A DNA stretch of 64,000 nt from a virus: the IMG/VR virus record IMGVR_UViG_3300035698_004821, positions 29,085-93,084 of that record. One strand, written 5' to 3'. The notes under the pieces were generated by a model that saw nothing but the letters and a program-made list of their open reading frames with translations, was not told the DNA's origin and made no database searches. The position numbers and the translations under genes were made by a program. Shown here piece after piece: positions 22,001-32,267 of this stretch; position 1 is the stretch's first letter; every line of letters starts with the position of its first letter.

Positions 22001-23760
22001 CTCTGGATGTAAACACCGTTAACCATGGCACTAAGACCTTAGACACTATTGTTGAAGCGGGTGCCAACTTCCACATAAACCTCAACCTAGATCAATATGA
22101 GTTCAAGGTGTACGAGATAGAGGTCAACCAGGGTCAACTGGACAATGAAGTCTTTGCTGACCTACGGACAGACTACACTCCCGTAGCCTACGGCTACTCA
22201 ATACAAGACGTCTCTATGGATAGCTTGTCAATGGCTTACTCATACGGTAGTATAAGTCTTGGAGATCTTGAAGCTCGTCAAGAAGGGTTCAAGTCTCCGG
22301 CCACGCAAGAGATACTAAACAATCTCCCGCAGTGGATGAAGATGAGGCAGAGCACAGAGTCCGATGGCTGGAAGCTAACCAACACATGGGGCATGGCCCT
22401 AGAAAGGGTAGTAGAGAATGCAGAAAAGAACACCACCAACCTAAACATCATCACGGCAGAGACATACCCCCTTAGCAAGGTCACACACATAGATATAACA
22501 TCCAAAGATCTCCTGGAACCCAGAAATGCTAGGAACCTTTTGTTCAACTCGTCCTTTTCTATAAAGGATGTTAGCAGATCCAAGATGCCAGCCGGCTGGG
22601 AGAAGTACACGGCTGACCAGTCTACGGCTCTCAGCGACAGGAGTACTGGTATAACTTGTTGCTCCCTAGTCTCCCCATCTGGTAAGATGAAGGTAGGGCA
22701 AGGCGCCATACTAGGTAATGTCATGATAGGGAAGATGTATGCATCCGTGTACGTTCTATGTGACGCGCCTAACACTGATATCACACTCCATGTGTCTGTC
22801 GAACAAACGGATGCTGTTAACAACGCAAGCCAAGCCAAGATAACTAGTAGATCAGCCGAGTGGGTAAGACTAGTACTGCCTATAGATGTTAATAGCCAGG
22901 TGTACAGAGTCAACTTCTCCATCACAACCAACTGCAATAACCCCGTTATCATCGCTGCCCCTCAGTTAGAAGTGGGGTCTCTAACAGCTTGGTCTAAGTC
23001 ACTGCTTGACACGCTGCCTTATGAGCCTGCTAGTTCTATCTTCAACCTAGTCTACTCTCACTCCAACGAAATTAATACAAGAAAGATAGTCGTGCACCCT
23101 ATATCTGAAGAAGATAGATTCATTAACGTTAGCAGGCCTACGAGAATAGAAAGAACCTCAGCACCTATAAGGGATATAGAGCCCTACTCCAGTGCCGCAT
23201 TCGGCAGGAAGGTTGACCAACTAGGTGAAGTAACTCGTACCGAGTTCTCAGTACTAAACGGTCAAGTAGCAGAAAGATCTATAGCCCCGTCCAACTGGGA
23301 CATCTTTGGTAGGTATAACATTAAAGATCTAAGGTTCTATGAGGAACTAAGATATGGCACAAGAGATGACTCTAGTGTAACTATACTGCCTGTAGTGGCA
23401 GCCGTAAGAAATGACATCCTGTACGTCGTCTGCAAAGAGACGTCCAATGGTGAAACTAACTATGTGGTTAAGATAATCGACCCTAGGACCCCACCTAATG
23501 GTGAGGACTACCTAGAGTCAGTGATAGACTTTGACCTTGATCTAAATTTTGATAAGACGTTTAGCATAGAATCACAAATAGATGAAAAGGTGTTCTCTAT
23601 ATCTTTCTCAGATATCGAGCCCACTTATATGATCATCACTACTACAAATAACATAAGCTGTTACTACAAGTTGCACTTCGATTATTACTACTTTAATAAT
23701 TCAAAAAATAGACTGTACCTTGTAGAGTCTTACCCTGAAGCTAATATATCAGTTATCTAA
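19084..23760 (+). CDS. Large baseplate protein with N-terminal glycoside-hydrolase-like (DUF6259-type) region and CBM-like domain
   Basis: ADW..YRD, NFDT..PDY, YHDTLG..C..H..HP and SAEFPVD recall DUF6259-like barrels. These are followed by a NLPQWMKMRQ segment and an RNLLFNSSF CBM-like domain start. Confidence 0.5.
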   Translation: MINKRATVGGLAPTSFHRGKVLYPRVDVSSLSNWTLTNGRVSFTFLEDITTGVRLANWEESSFSAPTVNQSKNLWSMGMLSKYTLHNASTTRFNTYVVYPRKANFVGPAPLPVENGTVKSFTFQWTNVAYDRKNPTYTCSVTLVASLDTEEDSLDMQLQVDADQAYTSHDLDLLYSDAVHYLGMPTLIFQKDADEAVNKGSFVTNSSGYGYTYLNPFKHLRAPRYEAESIQFSHLGNRAYAAGQPSAPLAALFKYNYGSPGGFSIPAMVYGNRDTKEGTLIYGLDTEGTNPKAFQFYLDDANLFIKTAHISDEAFDPYGVGGYVNDSGGQNYSIQNKPTWSLRIHPFKSTTKWADWYGYGLYRDTVIDKQEAYGWLPPSFYDRYQAGEISKQAAEVPMILNTFGFTTGDMSTLPIAADYYRYLYTNAINPGHTTPPVIPIHYQTAELNFDTNRRTGEADPAATYNGWEPWAGHGTGIDHFGPEAYKAPDYTGLNANSSGAFYELAATGHLPYSYNAYPFTISSGSVWTQTYSGIDLIGKAINESSTRITNDIYRAWAYDGQAPGIFGGGFSACFVPQVNKDKNKLIAATQGLQGMNNYHDTLGAWGRGCTAESHVHYDPTLKKEVVTTHPRSVFSRYYNRKMVEWSDEWTVASTSGFRTKFGNDAGSYGIKDWKMGQSAEFPVDLNLSNVPIALIYESVGPIFNAYVHDVLNPRTDVTSVPLIDNLSDQSIASGVALGITQYACHIEPPNWLQRCPVAKIALNDRMTQNEWHAVYASNASPVFWRNEAPTGVGAYGQSFYSTGTSERQAMDWASFALTQWPYSNNLSVWHVSNQFEFINPAYGEIVSNENEVFQSGVWSGYAEDLLTRMIRIQSYNPDFIHHGDMLYPLDSYSVDRSVENAGTNGFLRSQHPNNEDIDSLVTGDEKVTHFVRRHRENGNLLIAIGNWFSGSSSFQATFDPDTYEITNGYQVYSLDVNTVNHGTKTLDTIVEAGANFHINLNLDQYEFKVYEIEVNQGQLDNEVFADLRTDYTPVAYGYSIQDVSMDSLSMAYSYGSISLGDLEARQEGFKSPATQEILNNLPQWMKMRQSTESDGWKLTNTWGMALERVVENAEKNTTNLNIITAETYPLSKVTHIDITSKDLLEPRNARNLLFNSSFSIKDVSRSKMPAGWEKYTADQSTALSDRSTGITCCSLVSPSGKMKVGQGAILGNVMIGKMYASVYVLCDAPNTDITLHVSVEQTDAVNNASQAKITSRSAEWVRLVLPIDVNSQVYRVNFSITTNCNNPVIIAAPQLEVGSLTAWSKSLLDTLPYEPASSIFNLVYSHSNEINTRKIVVHPISEEDRFINVSRPTRIERTSAPIRDIEPYSSAAFGRKVDQLGEVTRTEFSVLNGQVAERSIAPSNWDIFGRYNIKDLRFYEELRYGTRDDSSVTILPVVAAVRNDILYVVCKETSNGETNYVVKIIDPRTPPNGEDYLESVIDFDLDLNFDKTFSIESQIDEKVFSISFSDIEPTYMIITTTNNISCYYKLHFDYYYFNNSKNRLYLVESYPEANISVI

Positions 23761-23761
23761 C

Positions 23762-26191
23762 ATGACATACCCTATATTCTCTGATCACGCACCCACTGGG
23801 GAGAACGCTACAAAGGTAGTGTCCCCCAACTCATATAGTACAGCCGGCAGAACTATCGGGTACCCTAACCGGTTTGATGTGTACGTCCAGCATCTTTCTG
23901 ATGCCGACGGATCTAAATCTGTCATAGAGTCCAGAGAGGTTGCTGACCTCATTGGTAGTCGACTATACCTGCACCACAGGCCTATGGTCAACTCAGACGG
24001 GACACCATCTACGATATCTGCATCCGACGGCACTATAGACTCCTCGTTTACCAACGCTTCTCAAAGTTATATCGTATTCTCTGTCCTACCAACTGCAGCC
24101 TTCACGGTCAGCTATGTGGCTGTACCAGATTGTGACCTATCTTGGAGTGTTAATAATCTGCAGAACTCTGTTATGGAGCTTCAAGGGCAGTTAGGACCAG
24201 ACAACGATACTGACTACCCAGGCATCAAGAACCTCAAGATAGCTACGTTCAATAACCCCACAGGCTTTACGGCCGACGGCGTGCTGAATAATGGTGTTCA
24301 CTTACCTCACCTGGACCAGAACATAACCATAGCCTCTAGTGATGACCCTACCCTACAGATACTGAGAGGTACCGGATACACCATCCAGATTGGACGAGAG
24401 GCTGATAACATCATCGTAGACGGCGAGAGCTTCACTGTAACGCAATCAGATGGATCAAAGGTATCAGAGATCAATCTAGGAACTAAGACCGGAGACTCGA
24501 TCTGGTGGAAGGGTGTGGCATCAGGAGCTGGTCCTCTCTCACTAGGTGGCCCAGAATGGGCTGGCTACTCAGGTGTCGTGTTCGCTGGTGACCTTACAGG
24601 GGCCTACTACACAGGCTCAATGCTGCGAGTACATGGTGACGCCTCCTTTATGGGAAACGTTAAAGCCATAGGTAACATCACAATTATCAACAGCACAGGA
24701 AGCACATCTACTGTCATAGGTGACTGGACTATCCGAGACGAGCTGTTTGTAGAAGGCATCTCTCACCTACAGGGCCCGACCATAACTAGTCAATTAACCG
24801 TACAAGAGAACCTACACCTAGACAAGGACCTCATAGCTAATAACGCGGCAGGTCAAGGTGGAGGAGGCCAATCTCTGGTTGATGGTTTAGATTGCTCTGA
24901 GATAGCTTGGACGTACAATACAAGTATTAAAGCTAGACATGCTAACAGTGTTGTCTCTGCTCCGATGAACACATCCTACGCCGACCCTAAGAATGTAACC
25001 TATAGACCCTGGATGTCACTAGGCCCAGACAGCCTGGTTGGTGATATCTTTGCTATCACAGGGTCACTGAATGCTACGGCGTCTAGTTCCGGCGCTCACC
25101 CACATATACTCCAACTACTAATGAATGTCTCTATGGTCAGCGGCACCTACAGTGAGTATGGCTATGAGTCAGGTTACTGGTCACCTGGTATGATGGAGCC
25201 AGGATCTATGTGGATCAAGATGCTAGACGGCCAGGCACAGGGATTCAACTCGCCTATCTACGGACACACAGTGGAAGAGACGGGTACGGTTAATACACTA
25301 ACGAGACTTAATGTCTTCCTTCCGGAAGCCATCTCCAACCCCCCTCAAACGAATAACAACTACATACTGTACAACCCGGGCTCTGTTCGGTACAACACAG
25401 TAAGTGCTGCTGGTGGAGCAGGACCCACTTTCTCTATCAACGCGTCAACTACAGAGCCTTTAGCTCTGTCATTCGAGGACTCAGTCCGAGTAATGAAGTC
25501 TAACTCCTCATCATACTCACTGACTGCTGCTCTCAACAGTTCAGTCTCAGGCTTAGGTGGCTCACCTGTAACAGGTGTCGCTTACATCTATGCGGATGCT
25601 AATGGCACTGACCCTGAGAACCCACCTATCTTTAAGGCAAGACCAACTTCCATACGTATGAAGAACCAGACACCGGTCGGCGAGGTCGTGGCATCCACCA
25701 ATGGGGCCACATGGACTATCCTAGATACTGTATCATACAGACCGAATGGACATTATGACTCAGCTTGGATACCTATCTTCAATGACGAAAACGTATCAGA
25801 GGTCTCTGGTCGTTGTGTGCCCGGCTTTACGAGTGACTCGACGGACTACCTACAGGTATACTTCCACCATGATCTTGGGACAGACCTAGACATTGGTAAC
25901 ATCTCGGCTAACCTATTCTTAGGTTCCCGCGCATCTGCTACACCTGATTGGAATCAAACTCATACGCCTATGTACAGTTTCTTTGGCCAAGACAGTAGAA
26001 ACCCTCATGGTATATCTGGGTCCTTTACTCACGTGTCTCTAGGTGCAAAGAGTGTGCCCAATGCTGTGGGTGACGCAGAAGCTTCTATCTTCTTCTTAGA
26101 TAGTTCACTAATAGGTATTGATATAAGCCCTGGACTCCTAGCAGGTGCACAACAAAACTACCTAAGACTATCCGTAAACAAGAATAACTAG
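23762..26191 (+). CDS. Tail fibre-like structural protein
   Basis: VNNLQNSVMELQGQLG helix, short beta repeats (LRVHGDASF, LFVEGISHL, LTVQENLHL) and LVDGLD motif as seen in trimeric fibres. Confidence 0.6.
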   Translation: MTYPIFSDHAPTGENATKVVSPNSYSTAGRTIGYPNRFDVYVQHLSDADGSKSVIESREVADLIGSRLYLHHRPMVNSDGTPSTISASDGTIDSSFTNASQSYIVFSVLPTAAFTVSYVAVPDCDLSWSVNNLQNSVMELQGQLGPDNDTDYPGIKNLKIATFNNPTGFTADGVLNNGVHLPHLDQNITIASSDDPTLQILRGTGYTIQIGREADNIIVDGESFTVTQSDGSKVSEINLGTKTGDSIWWKGVASGAGPLSLGGPEWAGYSGVVFAGDLTGAYYTGSMLRVHGDASFMGNVKAIGNITIINSTGSTSTVIGDWTIRDELFVEGISHLQGPTITSQLTVQENLHLDKDLIANNAAGQGGGGQSLVDGLDCSEIAWTYNTSIKARHANSVVSAPMNTSYADPKNVTYRPWMSLGPDSLVGDIFAITGSLNATASSSGAHPHILQLLMNVSMVSGTYSEYGYESGYWSPGMMEPGSMWIKMLDGQAQGFNSPIYGHTVEETGTVNTLTRLNVFLPEAISNPPQTNNNYILYNPGSVRYNTVSAAGGAGPTFSINASTTEPLALSFEDSVRVMKSNSSSYSLTAALNSSVSGLGGSPVTGVAYIYADANGTDPENPPIFKARPTSIRMKNQTPVGEVVASTNGATWTILDTVSYRPNGHYDSAWIPIFNDENVSEVSGRCVPGFTSDSTDYLQVYFHHDLGTDLDIGNISANLFLGSRASATPDWNQTHTPMYSFFGQDSRNPHGISGSFTHVSLGAKSVPNAVGDAEASIFFLDSSLIGIDISPGLLAGAQQNYLRLSVNKNN

Positions 26192-26193
26192 AT

Positions 26194-28785
26194 ATGACTT
26201 CTGATGACAGATTCTATGTCTGTGAGGCTCTGGGATTTCCAGAGGTTTCACAGTACGACTATCAAACCAACCTTCCTATCCGAGGAGTCAACGACAGAGA
26301 CTTCAGGTGGGAAGAGGTAGCAGTAAAATCTGTCTATCTACTTCAAGAGGCTACAGTGAGTGGCTCCTTTGAGTTGAACTCCTATCTTACAGACTTCTCC
26401 GTACCCAATCCAACAGGTGTCAACTATATAACTAGTGGCCTAACATCTAATAGTATGACGTATGATGGGTGGACTATAACAGGTAGCAGCACATTCTATA
26501 TCGGAATGTCTGGTGTCCAGGTAACTAGTGGAGCTATACCAGGAGTCACGGAAGACTTTTACGCACACCCCATAGCAGGTAACGATGCTGTAGGTCTTTA
26601 CTGTAGAAGCGGCAGTCAGTTCCCTGGCATGATTTCCACAGCTATGTCAACTGGAGAAGAGGGCCCTATTGTGCTCTCTAATACTCACCAGGTTTACATG
26701 CGTGCTAAGCTCAACTACGGGGAGAGTGGCAGGATACACCCAGTTATGCGAGGGTGGTCTGCTGGTAGTATTGTTGCGTACTACAACCCATTCAGTGGTT
26801 ACTGGGATACGACGGAGCCTGATGAAGGTTACTCCGTGTCTGCTACTGGCTACACAACAGTTAAGTATCAGTTCCTAGCTAACAACTTTCCTGCTGCTAC
26901 ACCCACCTCATTTGATCTGCACGTCCACAGTGACGTTAGTGGTAGTTACCTTACTGTAGATGACATCCATGTGGATGCCTTGATGAAGAAGAATGCCTTC
27001 CTGGATTACATTGTACCTACTGGGTACATGATTCAAGTTACCCCTGACCTTGGGTGGCATGACATCACAGCCATGTTCGAGTCTGATGAGACTCTACTTA
27101 ACCCTCACCTTAAGACGTTAGGGCCATACCAAGCGGACCTTGGTAACCTAAATGATAACCTGGACAATACTGTCACAGCAGCTATAGACCTAAGTGACTT
27201 CACCACGTCTACCTCAGATAATTTCAAGAAGTATCTATGGAGAGCTATACCTATTAGCCCTAATGGGCAGCTAGGATCTGGAGGACTACCAAGTAGGTTT
27301 GACTACGTTGGTACTATCATCGATAGCCTCTTTACTGTGACTGATGTTATTAATGAGGACACGTCCACTAACAAAACCATACTAGGTACCAAGTCTAGCT
27401 CTATGACTGTCCTAGTAGATGATATGGTGGCCTTCCCCGGTCTTGAGTACCCTTCCAGGACCACATGGAAGCTCACCCTTAGCATTAACTCACCAACTAG
27501 AACTCTTAGTCTAAAAGCTATAGACACTTCTGGTACCAGTTCCAGTATTCGTTATGTCACGCTTACGAACAAGTTGTATGAGCAGAACACCTCTGCTCTC
27601 TGGAATGTCTTTGATGAGCATGGACTCATAGCTGATGTAGTAAGGTTAGAGGACGAGAGCAACTACGATTACTCGCAGCGGATCAAGGATGCCTACGCGT
27701 TCAGGAGCAGCCCTGACTTCGTTGGTATAGTCAATGGCTCCACTAGAGAGTTGAACCTCAAGAAGGTGCCCGACGGCATTAAGCTTAGCATTAATAAAAA
27801 CCAGTACAACACATCAAAGGCAACTGACTTTGATATAGAGGTGACACCTTACTCCTTTAGATTGTTTAATGGCATGTTCACTAAGACGGAGAGACTCCTA
27901 GTCGACCCTGTTCATAGAACTATAGAGTTATCTAACCTACCTAAGGACTTGCCTTACTCAGTACGGTCTGATGTAAGTGCAGATATAAAGTTAAAGGATA
28001 TCTCACTACAGCTATCCCAAGACAGCTCACGGATAACGTACAGAGCTAAGATAAACTGTAAGAGGTCTACCTTCGTAAATGTCACATACCAATACGTTGA
28101 GGAAATACTCTTTAAGAGTTACCCCACTCTTGAGTCTGTGATTAATTACATAAACCAAATAAAAGACCCGTCTGGAGAATCGATACTCACCGCTCAAATT
28201 TCTTCTCTCCTTTCGGGCAATGAACAATCCCTAGGTCTATACCTTACAGCTGCTACTCTGCCTGACACTAATGCGATAGATATTGGCTGGTCCCCCGTCT
28301 ACCTAAAGAAGATGACGGACATTGGGTACAAGGATTACTTCCTTACTGAAGACAACACACTTAAGGAGACTGAGTACTATGAGTTCGTCAATGAACTCAA
28401 GAGGAGCACTAAGGTGTTCTGGGGGCATGTAGAAACGGATAGAGATAGATGGGATGCGGCTGACAGCAAGTCACTAGGTATGGAATCTATACCCACTCTA
28501 TTCGATCCACCTGTGACTAAGATCCTATCTTTAGTTAGTGGCAAGGACGAAAGGATAGACCCTACCGTAGCATGGGGCAGAAACTACATTGGTTTCAATG
28601 GTGAGTACCTCGCGAACTATGGTCTTAGTTCTCCTCTGTTCCAGCCTGGTGTAGCTCACACGAATGACCTTCAGCCTGACCTGTACCTCACGACCAGCTA
28701 TACAAACTATGCTGACTCCTTAGACTCCAACATAGGGCCCACGCAGAACAACAACAAAGTTGTTATCTTCTCCGGACAGAAATAA
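26194..28785 (+). CDS. Baseplate wedge-like structural protein (863 aa)
   Basis: WNVFDEHGL..RLEDESNYDYSQRI resembles the LD..G...R..GESD..YR.RI wedge motif; N-terminal CBM/Ig-like beta regions. Confidence 0.6.
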   Translation: MTSDDRFYVCEALGFPEVSQYDYQTNLPIRGVNDRDFRWEEVAVKSVYLLQEATVSGSFELNSYLTDFSVPNPTGVNYITSGLTSNSMTYDGWTITGSSTFYIGMSGVQVTSGAIPGVTEDFYAHPIAGNDAVGLYCRSGSQFPGMISTAMSTGEEGPIVLSNTHQVYMRAKLNYGESGRIHPVMRGWSAGSIVAYYNPFSGYWDTTEPDEGYSVSATGYTTVKYQFLANNFPAATPTSFDLHVHSDVSGSYLTVDDIHVDALMKKNAFLDYIVPTGYMIQVTPDLGWHDITAMFESDETLLNPHLKTLGPYQADLGNLNDNLDNTVTAAIDLSDFTTSTSDNFKKYLWRAIPISPNGQLGSGGLPSRFDYVGTIIDSLFTVTDVINEDTSTNKTILGTKSSSMTVLVDDMVAFPGLEYPSRTTWKLTLSINSPTRTLSLKAIDTSGTSSSIRYVTLTNKLYEQNTSALWNVFDEHGLIADVVRLEDESNYDYSQRIKDAYAFRSSPDFVGIVNGSTRELNLKKVPDGIKLSINKNQYNTSKATDFDIEVTPYSFRLFNGMFTKTERLLVDPVHRTIELSNLPKDLPYSVRSDVSADIKLKDISLQLSQDSSRITYRAKINCKRSTFVNVTYQYVEEILFKSYPTLESVINYINQIKDPSGESILTAQISSLLSGNEQSLGLYLTAATLPDTNAIDIGWSPVYLKKMTDIGYKDYFLTEDNTLKETEYYEFVNELKRSTKVFWGHVETDRDRWDAADSKSLGMESIPTLFDPPVTKILSLVSGKDERIDPTVAWGRNYIGFNGEYLANYGLSSPLFQPGVAHTNDLQPDLYLTTSYTNYADSLDSNIGPTQNNNKVVIFSGQK

Positions 28786-31700
28786 TGGTAACATACGTCT
28801 ACTCACTAAGTCCTAGCGGACCAACGTCTAGCATCCAACAAGTGATGAATAACATCACTGCCGAGCTGTCTACTGACCCAGTTATATCTAGGGACATTGA
28901 GGTCTTACTAGGCAGGGGTAACTATGCTGGGTTTACGATACCTACTGGAGCCCTGCTCCCACTGTTTGGTACCCCCTACCGCCTCAACATAAAGGCGGCC
29001 GGTGATTTCTTCCCCATAGTTGACTTTAACTACTCAGACCCTTCTCAGGTTGTTGGCATAGATATAGGCTCTGGTAATCCTAATGTGACGATCAAGGGAC
29101 TCAGAGCTCAGTACTTTGCTATTGGTATACGGGCTGGACTAAACAGTCACTTCCCTCTTGTACGTAACTGCATAGCAAACAACAACCGTAACGTTGGTAT
29201 CATGTTCGAGCAGTCGGCAGAGGCACAAGCACTACAGAACGTTGTCATCAATGGTGACTACGGTATCGTGTCCCGTCTGTGTAAGTCCTCAGCTATAATA
29301 CATAACACTATATTCCAGAACGGTGCCATTAGCACGCAGGTAGGAAAGTCTAAGTCCTGCATCTGGGCTGAGTCTGCTAACGACTACGGAGGTGGCCTTA
29401 ATGACACTGGCGTAATACACCTAGTAGGTAACGTGGCATGGAACACATCAGGCAGGTGCTTGACGCTGTTCTCTAACAACGTTGACCAGCCTGGTGCCAT
29501 AGTATCGAATTACAACGACTGGGTCGTAGGCGATCCAGATGACTTCATAGCTGTAGAGGACAACGCCTTTTTCTTCGGCCCTGAAGCTGAACCTAGACAG
29601 GTGTTCACCAACCTAACGGCATGGAAGTCAATAGGTTTCGACGCTAACTCTATAAGCCAAGACCCTAAGTTCATAGCACCCATTAAGATCAGAGCAAATA
29701 GAAACGGCTTTGCTATTGACCTCAATCTATTGCCTGTCTCCCCTGTCCTAGGGATGGTTCCTAGTTTTGCCTTCAACTCAGTAGCAGCTCAGGAATGGAT
29801 ACCAAGCTACACGGACACATCACATATAGCCACAGACATACTTAGAAGTAACCGTAACCAATCTGGTACAGCTGCTGGATCTAATGAGAAGGTATCCTCG
29901 TCTGGTTTCTTTGGCCAGGACGTATTTAGTAACCCACTGGACCTTGGCCTAGCCAAGCAGTGTGGCGTTGACCCCTTCTCTAACGTACTCTTCAAGAGTC
30001 TAGACCTATGGTACCCCAAGCTGAAACGTGGCTACTTCTACTCTAACGATAGAGAGTTCTACCTATACTCAAGAAAAGAAACGATGACCATAGGTGAACT
30101 GTCGGCGACTACACTGTACCTACCTGCGGCTATTGTGCACAACAAACCAATAGAGGTGAGGGTAGCCGGAGGCGTCGTGGCTGCAGAGTACTATGACTTG
30201 ATCAAAGATCAACTTGTTATATACCATAAGAACCTACCTATATTCACAGGTAACGAAGAAGTGGAGATCAGCGGATCAATAGCCAACTGGAATGGGGACA
30301 GCTTTGTCCATAACACCGTACTCTATAGGCTTAAGATAAATGAGGGCCACACTAGGTACCTCCTTCCGGAATACTATGTCAATGTGGGTCCAGTCGTCAT
30401 TACGGATGATATGTCCTACCCAACGGATAGTGATGCTGTATCTAATAGAGAGTTTGCACTCTCTTTCGACCCTGACTCTAATACGTCAGAGATTATCCTA
30501 GCTAACAATACAAACAAGGTATTGAACTCTCAGTTCGATTACCTTACTACAGGTAGTCTCCCAACCTTTTGGGATTCTAGTCTCTGCACTATACATGACG
30601 GGGAAAAGCCTCACTTCACAGTTGCGGGTAGCAAAGTAGCGCACATAGCTGATCAAGGATACCTAAAGACATCGCTGCAGGTTAATACAGGTGACAGCCA
30701 CAACCTTTCATTCCATGCACGAAGTGATGGTAAGGGTGATATCTCCTGGGAGATAGAGTACTACGACGCCTCGCACAACGTCCTCGGTGTCGTCGAGACA
30801 GGTTCAATAGCTGCTACTGAGTCATGGCACAGGTACGTTATTGGCTTCAATACTACAGACCAAGACTTCGGTATAACTGTCCCTCAAAAACCCCACGCCT
30901 GTACATGGCTAACGGGTTACACACCACCTACTAGGTCTTACCTCATGACTGTTAAGCTCAAGCACAACTATAGCCCAGCATTCACAGGTGACCTAAAACT
31001 TGATGCCATACAGTATGAGAGCACAGACAATGCAACACTATACCACCGTAAGACCTTCTTCAGTGAGATGACTGTGGAGTATGAGGTTGGAGAGGACGAA
31101 CACTTCATTGATACCAAGTTGTCTATGTCTCCCGTAACAAACCTAATGACAGATGGTTTCCTCTATATCCCTGAGGTCCCAGCGGCTATGTACAACGGCC
31201 CGTACACACCTACTGTCACTACACTACATGAGTGGCGCTGGCCACTCGGTCGCAAGAACGTAATGCCTTGGGCTAGGAGCAAGGGAAAGGACAAGCTAAG
31301 GAAGAGGCCATTAGGCCTATTCAACCTTGTCCCAGAGGATAAGCCCGAGATAGTTTCTCCAGTTAGTAACTACCCAACAGCCGGCAAACTGTATGTAATA
31401 CCATCTATCCCATCCACATTCGTGGGGGACAAGAATGGAGTAGGCTTCAGTATCCGAGTGAGGGACACAGACAATAACCCGTTTGCTATAGCGGGCGTAC
31501 ACGTCACCCTATCGGACTATAACCTAAGGTACCCTGGCACATTATCTAAGAGGCTTTACGGCCTCAAGCAACAGCTAGGGGCTTCCATAAACACCCAGAC
31601 AGATAACTCTGGAGTGGTGTCCTTAACCTGGATACCACCCGATAGGAATGCAGGCATATACAGGGGACCTCTCCCTACCCCTAGTCTAACATCTACTATT

Positions 31701-32267
31701 GGGGATCGCATCTCCGTCATCAAGACGGAGTATCCTGTTTCTCTTGAGTCATATGGTAATGTAACTATACTAGACAACCAGGGAAGCCAAGTAAAGACGT
31801 ACGCGTCATCGGCTACTATTGAGATACATGAGCCTGCTCTGGGGGAGAACTCCTCACAGGTCAAGCTTAAGTACCCAGCCAAGGTAAGTTCAGTTAGTGT
31901 TATCGTAGATGGCATGAGGTATACTGAGAACGAGATAAACATACTAAGCACTCATCAGTTCTTTGTAGACTATGACAACGCCTTAGTAACTGTGAAGGGT
32001 AGAGCCCCATCCGTCAAAGTAGAGTACATTGCCAGCTACGTATTCGTTAGTCAGGTAGACCCCTACAAGATAATGCTGTACCATGACAAGCTATTCCCCG
32101 GCTACACCAACAGCATAGTACTAGGCTATGACTTCTCAATTAGCTTAAACGTAACCGTGGCTGATCCTGGCACACTTGGCACTCTACAGAAGAGCTTCCT
32201 ACTGACAGCTCAGAACTCACTAGGCCAAAAAACGAACACCTATAGCCCCTTATCACTTGAATTCTAA
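28785..32267 (+). CDS. Structural protein with N-terminal right-handed beta-helix, CBM-like and Ig-like domains
   Basis: VRNCIANNNRNVGI, LQNVVINGDYGI and IIHNTIFQN repeats, closed by the AWKSIGFDANSISQDPKF cap. NKVLNSQFD CBM-like start; TDNSGVVSLTW Ig-like segment. Confidence 0.65.
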   Translation: MVTYVYSLSPSGPTSSIQQVMNNITAELSTDPVISRDIEVLLGRGNYAGFTIPTGALLPLFGTPYRLNIKAAGDFFPIVDFNYSDPSQVVGIDIGSGNPNVTIKGLRAQYFAIGIRAGLNSHFPLVRNCIANNNRNVGIMFEQSAEAQALQNVVINGDYGIVSRLCKSSAIIHNTIFQNGAISTQVGKSKSCIWAESANDYGGGLNDTGVIHLVGNVAWNTSGRCLTLFSNNVDQPGAIVSNYNDWVVGDPDDFIAVEDNAFFFGPEAEPRQVFTNLTAWKSIGFDANSISQDPKFIAPIKIRANRNGFAIDLNLLPVSPVLGMVPSFAFNSVAAQEWIPSYTDTSHIATDILRSNRNQSGTAAGSNEKVSSSGFFGQDVFSNPLDLGLAKQCGVDPFSNVLFKSLDLWYPKLKRGYFYSNDREFYLYSRKETMTIGELSATTLYLPAAIVHNKPIEVRVAGGVVAAEYYDLIKDQLVIYHKNLPIFTGNEEVEISGSIANWNGDSFVHNTVLYRLKINEGHTRYLLPEYYVNVGPVVITDDMSYPTDSDAVSNREFALSFDPDSNTSEIILANNTNKVLNSQFDYLTTGSLPTFWDSSLCTIHDGEKPHFTVAGSKVAHIADQGYLKTSLQVNTGDSHNLSFHARSDGKGDISWEIEYYDASHNVLGVVETGSIAATESWHRYVIGFNTTDQDFGITVPQKPHACTWLTGYTPPTRSYLMTVKLKHNYSPAFTGDLKLDAIQYESTDNATLYHRKTFFSEMTVEYEVGEDEHFIDTKLSMSPVTNLMTDGFLYIPEVPAAMYNGPYTPTVTTLHEWRWPLGRKNVMPWARSKGKDKLRKRPLGLFNLVPEDKPEIVSPVSNYPTAGKLYVIPSIPSTFVGDKNGVGFSIRVRDTDNNPFAIAGVHVTLSDYNLRYPGTLSKRLYGLKQQLGASINTQTDNSGVVSLTWIPPDRNAGIYRGPLPTPSLTSTIGDRISVIKTEYPVSLESYGNVTILDNQGSQVKTYASSATIEIHEPALGENSSQVKLKYPAKVSSVSVIVDGMRYTENEINILSTHQFFVDYDNALVTVKGRAPSVKVEYIASYVFVSQVDPYKIMLYHDKLFPGYTNSIVLGYDFSISLNVTVADPGTLGTLQKSFLLTAQNSLGQKTNTYSPLSLEF

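Noticed and set aside
22278-22952. 224-aa minus-strand ORF
   Set aside because: Antisense shadow of 19084..23760; no independent start context or recognisable domain.
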